DNA from: Rhizobacter sp.
Lineage (GTDB): Bacteria; Pseudomonadota; Gammaproteobacteria; Burkholderiales; Burkholderiaceae_C
DNA length: 64,000 nt
Direction: 5' to 3'
Assembly: GCA_023954175.1 (NCBI GenBank)
Contig: JAMLIM010000008.1
Coordinates: forward strand, 12,623 to 76,622
Program-made: the position numbers and the translations under genes
The notes under the pieces: generated by a model
What the model was told of the DNA's origin: nothing
What the model saw: only the letters and a program-made list of their open reading frames with translations
The model's database searches: none
Shown: piece after piece, positions 39,648 to 48,795 of the stretch
Layout of the letters: each line of letters opens with the position of its first letter
Position numbering within the stretch: position 1 is the first letter of the stretch

Positions 39648-39729
39648 GCCGGCGGCCAGCGGGCGGGCTGCCGAGCGCCTGCGGCGCGTCTACCGAGCCG
39701 CTCCCAAGCGAGCGCGCCCGGCGCGCGCG

Positions 39730-40986
39730 TCAAGCCGGGCTCACGCGCGGCGGCGGCTGGCGGCGCCGCGTGCGGGCGAGCAGCGTGAGCGCGATCGCGA
39801 GGTTCAGCGCGTTCCACGCGACGCCGTTGATGAACGCGGCGTGGTACGAGCCGGTGAGATCGAACACCTTGCCCGACATCCAGCCGCCGAGCGCCATGCC
39901 GAGCAGGGTGAACATCAGCACCGTGCCGACGCGTGAACCGGCCTCGGCGGCGGGGAAGTGCTCGCGCACGATGATCGCGTAGCTCGGCACGATGCCGCCC
40001 TGGAACAGGCCGAAGAGTATCGAGATCACGTAGAGCGACACCAGGCTGTCGAAGGGCAGGAAGAGCAGCAGCGCGATGCCCTGCAGCATCGAGCCGAGCA
40101 CCAGCGTGCGAAGGCCGCCGATGCGATCGCAGATGGCGCCCGAGATGAGGCGGCTGACGATGCCCGCGGCGAGCATCAGCGACAGCATCTCGGCGCCGCG
40201 CGCCGCGCCGTAGCCGAGGTCGCCGCAGTAGGCGACGATATGCACCTGCGGCATCGACATCGCGACGCAGCAGGCGAGGCCGGCGACGCACAGCAGCGCG
40301 AGCGCATGCGCCTTCGGCAGGCCGAAGGGCAGGTCTCTGGCGTCGGATGCGGCTGCATTCGCGACCGCTGCGACGCTGCCGGCGGGCACCGCGACGGCTG
40401 CCGCCAGCGGCGGGCGCGGCCGCATCAGCAGCGCGAGCAGCGACAGGCTGACGAACGAGAACGCGGCGAGGCCGAAATACGTCTGCCGCCAGCCGACGCC
40501 GTCGATGAAATGCTGCACCACGGGCGGCCAGAAGGCGCCGGCGATGTAGTTGCCGCTGGCGCAGATCGCGACCGCAATGCCGCGCCGGCGCACGAACCAG
40601 AGCGAGGTGTCGGCGATCAGCGGCACGAAGGTGGCCGAGCTGCCGACGAGGCCGAGCAACAGCCCGTGCGCGAGCGCGAACGTCAAGATGTTGGGCGCGA
40701 GCGCGGCTGCCGCGAAGCCCAGGCCGAGGCCGACGGCGCCGATCAGGATCGGCACCATCACGCCGAAGCGATCGGCAAGCCGCCCCATCAGCACGCCGCC
40801 GACGCCGAAGCCGACCATCATCATCGCGTAGGGCAAGGACGCATCGCTGCGCGACACGCCGAAATCGGCCTGCACCGCGGGCAGCACGACCGAGACGACG
40901 TACATCGCCGCGCTGCCGATCGTCATCAACGCCAGCGTCACCCCAAGGCGCGTCCAGGCGTAGCGCGAGTCCGGCGCGTGCTGCAT
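39730..40986 (-). CDS. MFS transporter (oxalate/formate antiporter-like)
   Basis: This is the C-terminal 418 codons of track ORF 39730..42060, with 12 predicted TM helices. GRLADRFGVMVPI is the MFS motif A region. It lies 2 nt downstream of the amidase gene. Confidence 0.85.
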   Translation of the reverse strand: MQHAPDSRYAWTRLGVTLALMTIGSAAMYVVSVVLPAVQADFGVSRSDASLPYAMMMVGFGVGGVLMGRLADRFGVMVPILIGAVGLGLGFAAAALAPNILTFALAHGLLLGLVGSSATFVPLIADTSLWFVRRRGIAVAICASGNYIAGAFWPPVVQHFIDGVGWRQTYFGLAAFSFVSLSLLALLMRPRPPLAAAVAVPAGSVAAVANAAASDARDLPFGLPKAHALALLCVAGLACCVAMSMPQVHIVAYCGDLGYGAARGAEMLSLMLAAGIVSRLISGAICDRIGGLRTLVLGSMLQGIALLLFLPFDSLVSLYVISILFGLFQGGIVPSYAIIVREHFPAAEAGSRVGTVLMFTLLGMALGGWMSGKVFDLTGSYHAAFINGVAWNALNLAIALTLLARTRRRQPPPRVSPA

Positions 40987-40988
40987 CG

Positions 40989-42485
40989 TCAGAATCCCGG
41001 TGGCCGGCGATCGAACCACGGCGCCGCCCGCTCCAGCGCGCCGGCGAGGCGGAACAGCAGCGCATCGGCGCCGAAGCGCGCGACGAACTGGACGCCGATC
41101 GGCAGGCCGGCGCCATTCCAGTGCAACGGCACCGACATCGCCGGCTGGCCGGTCGCGTTGAAGAGCGGTGTGTACGGGATGTACTCGAAGGTCTTGGCGG
41201 CGAGCGGCTTGATGACGCCCAGCTTGTCGAGCAGCCAGCCGGCGTCGAGCGCGTTGACGACGCGCATCAGGACCTGCTCGGCGCGGCTCGGCTGCAGGCT
41301 GCCGATCAAGGCGGGCGGCGCGCCGAGCGTCGGCGTCATCAAGACGTCGTAGCGCTCGAAGAAGGGCGCCATCGCGCGCGCGGCGAGTTGCAGTTGCTGC
41401 GACGCCGCGGCGCTGGCGGCCGCACTCATCGCCTTGCCGAGCAGGCCGAGGCTGTAGGTGGCGGGTTCGAAATCCGCGGCGCGCGGCTTGCGGCCGAGCG
41501 CGCGTGCGACGTGCTCGATCTCGGCGCGCGTTTCGCCCGCGAGCACGGTGACGAAGGCGAGCGCGAGGGCGTCCGCATCCACCGGCGGGGCCGCCTCTTC
41601 GACCCGATGGCCGAGCGATTCGAGCAGCCGCGCGCTGGCCGCAAGGGCTTCGATGCAATCCGGGTGCACGCTGCCATGGCCGAACAGCGGCTGATGCGTG
41701 AACGCGATGCGCAGCGGCCGCGGGTCCGCGCCGACCTCGTCGAGATAGGGGCGCTCGCGCCCGGGCGCGGCGTAAGGCGTGCCGGCATCGGCACCCGCCG
41801 TTGCGTCGAGCATCGCCGCGCTGTCGCGCACCGAGCGGCTGAGCACATGCTCGATCGCGAAGCCGTGCCACAACTCGCCGAAGTCCGGGCCGGTCGGCGT
41901 CATGCCGCGGCTCGGCTTGAGGCCGAACAGGCCGCAGCACGAGGCCGGAATGCGGATCGAGCCGCCGCCGTCGCCGCCGCTCGCAAGCGGCACCATGCCG
42001 GAGGCGATCGCCGCCGCCGAGCCGCCGCTCGATCCGCCCGGCGAATGCGCGGCCGACCACGGGTTCTTCGTCGGCCCGAAGGCGGCCGGCTCGGTGTAGG
42101 GCGTGAGGCCGAACTCCGGCGTGTTGCTGCGCCCGGCGATGACGACGCCCGCCGCGCGAAAGCGGCGCACGAGTTCGCTGTCGCGCGGCATCGGCAGTGA
42201 CGTGAGCAGACGGCTGCCGTTGCCCGTCGGCTCGCCGCCTATCGTCGCGACCAGATCCTTGAGGAGGAAGGGCACACCGGCGAACGGCGCCGAAGGATCG
42301 ATCTGCGCGGCCTCGCTGCGTGCGGCGTCGTAGCGTGTGCGGATCACCGCGTTCAACGCCGGGTTGTGTTGCTCGATGCGTGCGATCGCGGCTTCGAGCA
42401 GATCGGTGGGGCTGACTTCGCCGGATCGCACGAGCGCGGCAAGGCCCAGGCCGTCTTGGCGCACGTAATCTTCAAACGAAATCAT
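40989..42485 (-). CDS. amidase (amidase-signature family)
   Basis: 498 aa. GVPFLLKDL and the AS signature GGSSGGSAAAIASGMVPLASGGDGGGSIRIPASCCG. Confidence 0.9.
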   Translation of the reverse strand: MISFEDYVRQDGLGLAALVRSGEVSPTDLLEAAIARIEQHNPALNAVIRTRYDAARSEAAQIDPSAPFAGVPFLLKDLVATIGGEPTGNGSRLLTSLPMPRDSELVRRFRAAGVVIAGRSNTPEFGLTPYTEPAAFGPTKNPWSAAHSPGGSSGGSAAAIASGMVPLASGGDGGGSIRIPASCCGLFGLKPSRGMTPTGPDFGELWHGFAIEHVLSRSVRDSAAMLDATAGADAGTPYAAPGRERPYLDEVGADPRPLRIAFTHQPLFGHGSVHPDCIEALAASARLLESLGHRVEEAAPPVDADALALAFVTVLAGETRAEIEHVARALGRKPRAADFEPATYSLGLLGKAMSAAASAAASQQLQLAARAMAPFFERYDVLMTPTLGAPPALIGSLQPSRAEQVLMRVVNALDAGWLLDKLGVIKPLAAKTFEYIPYTPLFNATGQPAMSVPLHWNGAGLPIGVQFVARFGADALLFRLAGALERAAPWFDRRPPGF

Positions 42486-42575
42486 TTGCGTCCCCCACTG
42501 GCGCGTCCATCACTGGCGCGTCGCGTCATGTGCTGGGCCGAACCGCGGGCAGAACCGCGGGCCGGGCCGCCATTC

Positions 42576-43229
42576 TCAGAACCGCATCGACAGGCCGAGC
42601 AATGCATCGCCCTGGAACATGCCGTCGCCGCGGATCGACACGACGCAGCCGCCCGAGCAGAAGAAGCCGCCGCTGCTGTTGATCAGCGTCGCGTAGCCGC
42701 GCAACTCGCCGCGCAGGGCGAGTGACGGCGTGAACGCATATTCGTAGCCGAGCGCAATGCTCATCGACGGCCGGATCTCGGAACTGAACCCGTCCTGCTG
42801 CGGCGCCATGAAGGTCGCGCCGAGGCCGCCTGCGATATAGGCGCCGTGACCGGCCTGGCCCTCGAAGAAGTTCGATCCACCCAGGTGCAGGTAGCCGATG
42901 TTGATCGGCACCGTGGAATACGCGCTGCCCGATGCCAGCTGCATGTGCGTGCGCTGCCCGCTCGCGAAGACCTGGCCGTTGCGCGCGGCGTCGATCGCCC
43001 AGTCGATCGCAATCGCGGCGACGCCGCTGCTCTCGAGGTTGTCGGTCGAAGTCTTCGAGCCGATGATCTGCTCGAACGAGCCGCCGCCGCGATAGCCGCC
43101 GTAGAACGTGATCGCGCCCTGGGGCGTGCTCTTGGCAGGGTTCTTGGCAGCGGTCTGGGCCGAAGCGGGCAGGGCCGCAAGCAGCGTCGCGGCGGCGGCG
43201 AAGGTGAGCAGCAGGGGGCGGGTTTTCAT
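42576..43229 (-). CDS. outer-membrane beta-barrel protein
   Basis: Signal peptide MKTRPLLLTFAAAATLLAALPASAQ, alternating beta-strand pattern with Gly/aromatic residues, and a C-terminal ...GLSMRF with terminal Phe. Confidence 0.7.
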   Translation of the reverse strand: MKTRPLLLTFAAAATLLAALPASAQTAAKNPAKSTPQGAITFYGGYRGGGSFEQIIGSKTSTDNLESSGVAAIAIDWAIDAARNGQVFASGQRTHMQLASGSAYSTVPINIGYLHLGGSNFFEGQAGHGAYIAGGLGATFMAPQQDGFSSEIRPSMSIALGYEYAFTPSLALRGELRGYATLINSSGGFFCSGGCVVSIRGDGMFQGDALLGLSMRF

Positions 43230-43276
43230 GCCCGAATCCTACTGTAGGCAGGGCGGGCCGAGCCCGGGCTGCGCGA

Positions 43277-43304
43277 CTTGAAAGCAACAGCGGCGTCCCC
43301 ATCT
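43277..43304 (+). promoter_or_regulatory. sigma-32 (RpoH) heat-shock promoter of htpG
   Basis: CTTGAAA (43277-43283) - 13 nt - CCCCATCT (43297-43304), 64 nt upstream of the htpG ATG. It matches the RpoH consensus CTTGAAA-N13/14-CCCCATnT. Confidence 0.75.
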
Positions 43305-43367
43305 ACCGCGACTTGAAGCGCCGCCCCCTTTCAGGTGCGGTTTCGGAGCCCGGAGACCCCACAGACC

Positions 43368-45260
43368 ATGACCAAGCAGACCCTTTCGTTCCAGGCCGAG
43401 GTGCAGCAGATCCTGCATCTCGTCACGCACTCGCTCTACTCGAACAAGGAAATCTTCCTGCGCGAGCTCGTCTCGAACGCGTCGGACGCGTGCGACAAGC
43501 TGCGCTTCGAGGCGCTGAACAACTCGGCGCTCTACGAGGACGCGCCGAATCTCGAGGTGCGCGTGCTGATCGACAAGGAAGCGAAGACGCTGACGATCCG
43601 CGACAACGGCATCGGCATGTCGCAGGACGAGGCGATCGCCCACCTCGGCACGATCGCCAAGAGCGGCACGCGCGAGTTCATGCACGCGCTCGAAGGCGAG
43701 CAGAAGAAGGACGCGAACCTGATCGGCCAGTTCGGCGTCGGCTTCTACAGCGGCTTCATCGTCGCCGACCGCATCACCGTCGAATCGCGCCGTGCCGGGC
43801 TACCGGCGGGCGAAGGCGTGCGCTGGGTCTCGCAGGGCGCGGGCGACTTCGAGGTCGAGACGATAGACAAGCCCGGTCGCGGCACCGACGTCATCCTCCA
43901 TCTGCGCGACGGGGAAGAGGAGTTCCTCGACCGCTGGAAGCTGAAGTCGATCATCGCGAAGTACTCGGACCACATCTCGCTGCCGATCCTGATGCGCAAG
44001 GAGGAGTGGGACGCCGAGAAGAAGGAGCAGGTCGTCACCGACGACTGGGAGACGGTCAACAAGGCGGCCGCGCTCTGGGCGCGGCCGAAGAACGACATCA
44101 CGCCCGAGCAGTACGAGGAGTTCTACAAGCAGATCAGCCACGACAGCCAGGCGCCGCTCGCCTACACGCACAACCGCGTCGAAGGCCGCACCGACTACAC
44201 GCAGCTGCTGTACGTGCCGGCGAAGGCGCCGTTCGATCTGTGGAACCGCGACAAGCGCGGCGGCGTCAAGCTCTACGTCAAGCGCGTCTTCATCATGGAC
44301 GACGCCGAGGCGCTGATGCCGGTCTACCTGCGCTTCGTCAAGGGCATCATCGACAGCGCCGACCTGCCGCTCAACGTGGGCCGCGAACTGCTGCAGGAAA
44401 GCCGCGACGTGAAGGCGATCCGCGAAGGCTCGACCAAGCGCGTGCTGAGCATGCTCGAAGAACTCGCCAACAGCGAAGACGCCGCGCAGCGCGACAAGTA
44501 CGCCGCGTTCTGGAAGGACTTCGGTGCGGTGCTCAAGGAAGGCATCGGCGAGGACTTCACGAACCAGGAGCGCCTCGCCAAGCTGCTGCGCTTCGCCTCG
44601 ACGCAGGCCGACGAAGGCGCCTCGCAGACCGTTTCATTCGGCGACTACGTGGGCCGCATGAAGGAAGGCCAGGAGGCGATCTACTACATCACCGCCGACA
44701 CGCTGGCTGCGGCCAAGAGCAGCCCGCAGCTCGAGATCTTCCACAAGAAGGGGATCGAGGTCCTGCTGCTCACCGACCGCGTCGACGAGTGGATGCTCTC
44801 GCACCTCTATGAATTCGACGGCAAGCAATTGCAGAACGTCGCCCGCGGCGCGGTCGATCTCGGCAAGCTGCAGGACGAGGAGGAGAAGAAGCAGGCCGAA
44901 GCCGCGTCCGAAGCCTTCAAGCCGGTGCTGGAGAAACTCAAGGAAGCGCTCAAGGACCGCGCGAAGGACGTGCGCGCGACGACGCGCCTCGTCGACTCAC
45001 CCGCCTGCCTCGTCGTCGAGGAGGGCGACATGAGCGGCCACCTCGCGCGCCTGCTCAAGCAAGCCGGTCAGGCAGCGCCGCCGACGCAGCCAGTACTCGA
45101 AGTGAACCCCGAGCATGCGCTCGTGAAGCGGCTCGACGGCAGTGCGCACTTCGACGACCTGGCGAACATCCTGTTCGATCAGGCGATGTTGGCCGAGGGC
45201 GGGCAACTGGAAGACCCGGCGGCGTATGTGCGGCGAGTGAATGCGATGCTCGTGGGCTGA
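43368..45260 (+). CDS. htpG: molecular chaperone HtpG (Hsp90)
   Basis: [47 protein letters not shown]..., [12 protein letters not shown] at 43368 inside track ORF 43335..45260. Confidence 0.97.
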   Translation: MTKQTLSFQAEVQQILHLVTHSLYSNKEIFLRELVSNASDACDKLRFEALNNSALYEDAPNLEVRVLIDKEAKTLTIRDNGIGMSQDEAIAHLGTIAKSGTREFMHALEGEQKKDANLIGQFGVGFYSGFIVADRITVESRRAGLPAGEGVRWVSQGAGDFEVETIDKPGRGTDVILHLRDGEEEFLDRWKLKSIIAKYSDHISLPILMRKEEWDAEKKEQVVTDDWETVNKAAALWARPKNDITPEQYEEFYKQISHDSQAPLAYTHNRVEGRTDYTQLLYVPAKAPFDLWNRDKRGGVKLYVKRVFIMDDAEALMPVYLRFVKGIIDSADLPLNVGRELLQESRDVKAIREGSTKRVLSMLEELANSEDAAQRDKYAAFWKDFGAVLKEGIGEDFTNQERLAKLLRFASTQADEGASQTVSFGDYVGRMKEGQEAIYYITADTLAAAKSSPQLEIFHKKGIEVLLLTDRVDEWMLSHLYEFDGKQLQNVARGAVDLGKLQDEEEKKQAEAASEAFKPVLEKLKEALKDRAKDVRATTRLVDSPACLVVEEGDMSGHLARLLKQAGQAAPPTQPVLEVNPEHALVKRLDGSAHFDDLANILFDQAMLAEGGQLEDPAAYVRRVNAMLVG

Positions 45261-45268
45261 GCGTTGCT

Positions 45269-45302
45269 CGCGCGACGCGGACGATCTCGTTAGCGTCGCG
45301 CG
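45269..45302 (+). terminator. stem-loop immediately after htpG (possible terminator, no U-tract)
   Basis: CGCGCGACGC - 14 nt - GCGUCGCGCG is a perfect 10-bp stem starting 9 nt after the TGA. Confidence 0.35.
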
Positions 45303-45369
45303 GGTTGGCTCTCGCGGGGGGGGCGGCGGGTCTTGGCGTGCGCGATCGGGCCGCTGGGGCGCACTGCTC

Positions 45370-45560
45370 CGTTCATGTCCCCCGTCGTCGGCCGGTGGCC
45401 GACGCCTCCTCCTTTACTTCACTGCGCAATGCGCCCCACCGACCCGATCGGTCGGTGGCATGCGTGTGTCGTGCAACTCGGCGCGCCGCGCCGAGGACGG
45501 CGGGTGGCTGACGGAGTGGAGTGGAGGGCCGGGCGCAGCCCGGGCCGGGGGACATGAACG
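45370..45560. repeat. 191-nt structured element closed by a perfect 14-bp inverted repeat
   Basis: cgttcatgtccccc (45370-45383) pairs with gggggacatgaacg (45547-45560). The interior has complementary pyrimidine-rich (cctcctcctttacttcact) and purine-rich (ggagtggagtggaggg) arms and several perfect 7-8 bp hairpins. Confidence 0.6.
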
Positions 45561-45619
45561 CAGTCGGCCACCCGCTGGCCTCGGCTCCTGCTACGGTGGG
45601 CGCGCGAAGGTGCTCAGGC

Positions 45620-46483
45620 TTACTTGAAGCCGACACGCACTTTCGGATCGCCCGGCAGGCCCTGGTACTGGACTTCGATCTTCTGCCCCGCCTTCGGCGG
45701 CATCAGCTTCGAAAACGAGCCGACGCTGACGAGATCGCCCTTCTGGAGCTTCAGCCCTTGGCGCTGCAAATCCTGCGCGAGCCAGACGACGGCGTTGAGC
45801 GGGTGCTCGAGCACGTCGCTGCCCTTGCCGCGGTCGAGTTCACCCTCGGGGCCGCTGACGACGACCGTCATCGTGCGCAGCGCCTCGGCGATCTGGGAGT
45901 TCGGCGTGACCGGGATCGGCGCGCCGGTGACGAAAAAGCGCGCACCGACGTTGATCGCCGTGATCGCAGCGCCGTTGAGCTTGGGCGGGGCCGCCACCAC
46001 GAGGTCGGGCAGTTCGATCGCCGGGATCACCTGGTCGATGTGCTTCAACACGTCGGCGGGCGTCTTCGCCTGGTTGATGCCGGCGTCGCGCACCCGCACC
46101 AGCATGTCGGCCTCGAACAGCGGACGGGCGCCGAACTTGGCATCGACGGTGGCGCCGTCGGGCAACATCATCTGGGCGTAGAGCACGCCGTACACCGGGG
46201 CCGAGGCGTTGAAGCGCTTTTGCACCGCCGGGTTCGTCAGGCCCGCCTTGTAGCCGATCACCTTGTCGCCGGTCTGCTGCTGCAGGAACTTGTTGACCTT
46301 CGCGCGCGAACACTCGCCGTCGGGCTCTGAGAGGCCTTCCGGGTTGGCGGCCGGCGTCTTGGCGAGGTAGTTGGCGACGAGCGCGGCGGCTTCGATGTCG
46401 CTCAGGCAGGCGGCGCGCGCGGCGCCTGAAACCGCGACCGTGGAAACGAAACACAGCGCCAGGGCGCGGGACAGTGAGGTCAT
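45620..46483 (-). CDS. exported FAH-family hydratase/decarboxylase-like protein (2-keto-4-pentenoate hydratase-like)
   Basis: MTSLSRALALCFVSTVAVSGAARAAC is a signal or lipoprotein-like leader. It is followed by IGYKAGLTNPAVQKRF, FEADMLVRV and GDLVSVGSF, resembling MhpD/HpcG-type hydratases. Confidence 0.7.
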   Translation of the reverse strand: MTSLSRALALCFVSTVAVSGAARAACLSDIEAAALVANYLAKTPAANPEGLSEPDGECSRAKVNKFLQQQTGDKVIGYKAGLTNPAVQKRFNASAPVYGVLYAQMMLPDGATVDAKFGARPLFEADMLVRVRDAGINQAKTPADVLKHIDQVIPAIELPDLVVAAPPKLNGAAITAINVGARFFVTGAPIPVTPNSQIAEALRTMTVVVSGPEGELDRGKGSDVLEHPLNAVVWLAQDLQRQGLKLQKGDLVSVGSFSKLMPPKAGQKIEVQYQGLPGDPKVRVGFK

Positions 46484-46619
46484 GATCTTCCTTCTTGTCG
46501 ATGGGTCCGCAACCATTGTGCACGCCCGCGCCTTCGCGAAGCAACGCCACAGCGCGACGATGCCGATCGACTGTTGACGCGCATCAACCTGATATCAAGG
46601 GCGGCGATCAGAGCGTCGA

Positions 46620-47675
46620 TCAGAGCGGCGAACCAAGCGGCGCCTCGCGCATCGCATCGATCTGCTCGTTCAACTGCGTCGTCTGCTGCGCCCAGTAGGC
46701 GCTGCCCTCGAACCACGGGAACGCGACCGGGAACGCCGGGTCGTTCCAGCGCCGGGCGAGCCACGCGCTGTGGTGGATCAGGCGCAGCGTGCGCAGCGGC
46801 TCGACGAGGCGCAGTTCGCGCCAGTCGAAGTCCATGAAGTCCTCGTAGCCGGCGAGCACGGCGCCGAGCTGGCGCGTCATGCTCGCGCGGTCGCCCGAGA
46901 GCAGCATCCACAGGTCCTGCACCGCGGGGCCGGTCAGCGCATCGTCCAGGTCGACGAAGTGCGGCCCGGCGTCGCTCCACAGGATGTTGCCGAGGTGGCA
47001 GTCGCCGTGCAGGCGCAGCGTGCGCAACTCCGGCAGCGCATCGAACGCGCGCTGCACCTCGCCGAGCGCGTTGTCGATCGTGGCGCGCCAGCCGGGCAGC
47101 ACCTCGGGCGCAACCCAGTCGTGGGCGAGCAGATAGTCGCGCGCACCGGTGCCGAAGGTCGCGATGTCGAGCGTCCAGCGGTGTTCGAAACGCTTGGTCG
47201 CGCCGACCGCATGCATGCGGCCGATGAAGCGGCCGATCCATTCGAGCGTGCCGGCATCCTCCAGCTCCGGCGCGCGGCCCGAGCGGCGCGGCGAAACGCT
47301 GACGCGCTGGCCGAGCACGTGCGCAAGCGTCGGCGGCGCGCCGCTGAGTGTGACCGGGTCACGTGGCAAGTCTGCAATCGCGAGCACGAGCGGCGCGATG
47401 ACAGGAATCTCGCGCGCCGCGAGTTCGGCTGAGAACGTGTGCTCCTCGAGGATCTGGGCGTCGCTCCAGCGCCCCGGCCGGTAAAACTTCGGCACCACGA
47501 CCTCGCCCGATTCGAGGAACACCTGGAACACGCGGTTCTCGTAGGAGTTCAGCTGGATCATGCGGCCGTCGCCGAGGAGGCCGACGGCGTCGAGCGCGTC
47601 GAGCACTGCCTGCGGTGTGAGGTCGGCGAACGGGGTTTCGTTGGCGGCAGGCGAGCCGGAATCCGGGGCAGTCAT
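46620..47675 (-). CDS. srkA: stress-response Ser/Thr kinase (YihE/RdoA/SrkA family, aminoglycoside phosphotransferase fold)
   Basis: LNSYENRVFQV, KFYRPGRWS, LRLHGDCHLGNILW, VDLDDA. ATG at 47675 inside track ORF 46620..47735. Confidence 0.8.
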   Translation of the reverse strand: MTAPDSGSPAANETPFADLTPQAVLDALDAVGLLGDGRMIQLNSYENRVFQVFLESGEVVVPKFYRPGRWSDAQILEEHTFSAELAAREIPVIAPLVLAIADLPRDPVTLSGAPPTLAHVLGQRVSVSPRRSGRAPELEDAGTLEWIGRFIGRMHAVGATKRFEHRWTLDIATFGTGARDYLLAHDWVAPEVLPGWRATIDNALGEVQRAFDALPELRTLRLHGDCHLGNILWSDAGPHFVDLDDALTGPAVQDLWMLLSGDRASMTRQLGAVLAGYEDFMDFDWRELRLVEPLRTLRLIHHSAWLARRWNDPAFPVAFPWFEGSAYWAQQTTQLNEQIDAMREAPLGSPL

Positions 47676-47830
47676 GCGCGGATCGTACGCGGCAGCGCGG
47701 CGCGAGCATGCTGCTATCGGTTGCAGGGTGCGCACCGGCTCGCAGGCCGGGCCGCTGGCGGCGCGAAATCTCCGGTTGCAGTGGCCTCTTTGCAGGGCCG
47801 CGTTTCGCTGACGGACTGTTATTTGGAGCT

Positions 47831-48040
47831 CTTCGGCGTCGCGCCAGGCGGTACCCGGTGGGGGTTCGGGCGCTTTGGCGTCGCGCCAGGCGGTGCCCGT
47901 CGGGGGTTCGAGCGCTTTCGCGTTGCGTCAAGCGGTGCGCGCCGTGGGCTTCGGCGCCTTCGCGTCGCGCCAGGCGGTACCCGCCGTGGGCTTCGGCGCC
48001 TGCGCGTCGCGCCAGGCGGTACCCGCCGGGGGCTCATGGT
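47831..48040. repeat. five tandem copies of a 42-nt repeat
   Basis: The anchor gtcgcgccaggcgg (variant gttgcgtcaagcgg) recurs at 47838, 47880, 47922, 47964 and 48006, exactly 42 nt apart. The unit consensus is cttcggcgtcgcgccaggcggtacccgncgggggcttcggcg. Confidence 0.9.
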
Positions 48041-48043
48041 TGC

Positions 48044-48589
48044 GCGGTCGGCGCACAGCGCCGACTGCCACCGGGCTCACGGTGGCGCTGGGCGGCGCGC
48101 CGACTGCACTGCGGTTCTCGGCCAGGGGTCGCGTCGCAGAACTCGCTGCGTTCGCTTTGCTCACTGCGCTCAAACAGTTGCGACGAGTCAGTCTACGAAG
48201 CGCGCTGCGCGCGCCGACCCCTGTCCTGCGATCCTCGTCGCTCCACAAATCGCCCCCGGCGGGCACCGCCTGTCCCGACGGTTCTTCCTTGCGCAACACC
48301 GCATCTGCTGCAATGGCGTGCCCGGGCAGGCCACGGCGCGCCTGCGCAGCGCCGAGCAGGTGAGCAGGGACACAAGCGGTCCGGGGGACCGCTTGTGCCT
48401 TGCGAACGGCCGGGCGTCCTCGCCCGGCGCGGCCTGCAAGGCCAGGGCTCGTGGCCGCGCGCGCAGCGCGCTTCGTGAACTGACCCGTCGCGATTGTCTG
48501 AACGTAGCGAACGCAGTGAGCGCAGTGAGTTGAGCGACGTGGCCGCGAGACCGAGCATCGCAGGGCAGTCGGCGCAACGCGCCGACCGC
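48044..48589. repeat. foldback element of about 545 bp with long imperfect terminal inverted repeats (MITE/REP-cluster-like, non-coding)
   Basis: The outer ends match: gcggtcggcgcacagcgccgactgcc (48044-) versus the reverse complement of ggcagtcggcgcaacgcgccgaccgc (-48589). The inner arms 48170-48214 and 48457-48501 are inverted copies, including a perfect 20-bp segment acgaagcgcgctgcgcgcgc / gcgcgcgcagcgcgcttcgt. Confidence 0.75.
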
Positions 48590-48795
48590 GGAGGTGAAGC
48601 GCCGTGGACTGTCCGGGCACGGCTGCCGCACCGGCGACCGCAGGTGCGTTCGGCTACACCTCGCGCGCGCTGGCTTTGCCGCGCAAGCCACCGCGCACCA
48701 GTTCGTGCAGGCCTCGCGGATCCCAGCTTTGAAGCGCGCCACCCACGCCATAGAAAAGGGCTCACCTCGCTTCAGGCAGTCAATGCAATGCCGGC

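Noticed and set aside
47819-48037. A 72-aa ORF on the minus strand encoding PRRVPPGATRRRRS-type repeats across the tandem array.
   Set aside because: It has no Shine-Dalgarno sequence and all three frames on both strands are open here. The composition is what any frame of this GC-rich repeat would give. It is left as a possibility to test, not called as a CDS.
47831-48040. CRISPR array?
   Set aside because: The 42-nt units are directly contiguous with no unique spacers, and there are no cas genes anywhere in the window.
47676-48795. A housekeeping RNA (RNase P RNA, tmRNA, SRP RNA, 6S RNA) hidden in the 1.1-kb gap.
   Set aside because: I found none of the conserved blocks I know: no GAGGAAAGUCCGGGC-type P4 strand, no tRNA-like acceptor/T-arm with CCA context, and no SRP GGAA-tetraloop domain IV motif. 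The region is explained by repeats.
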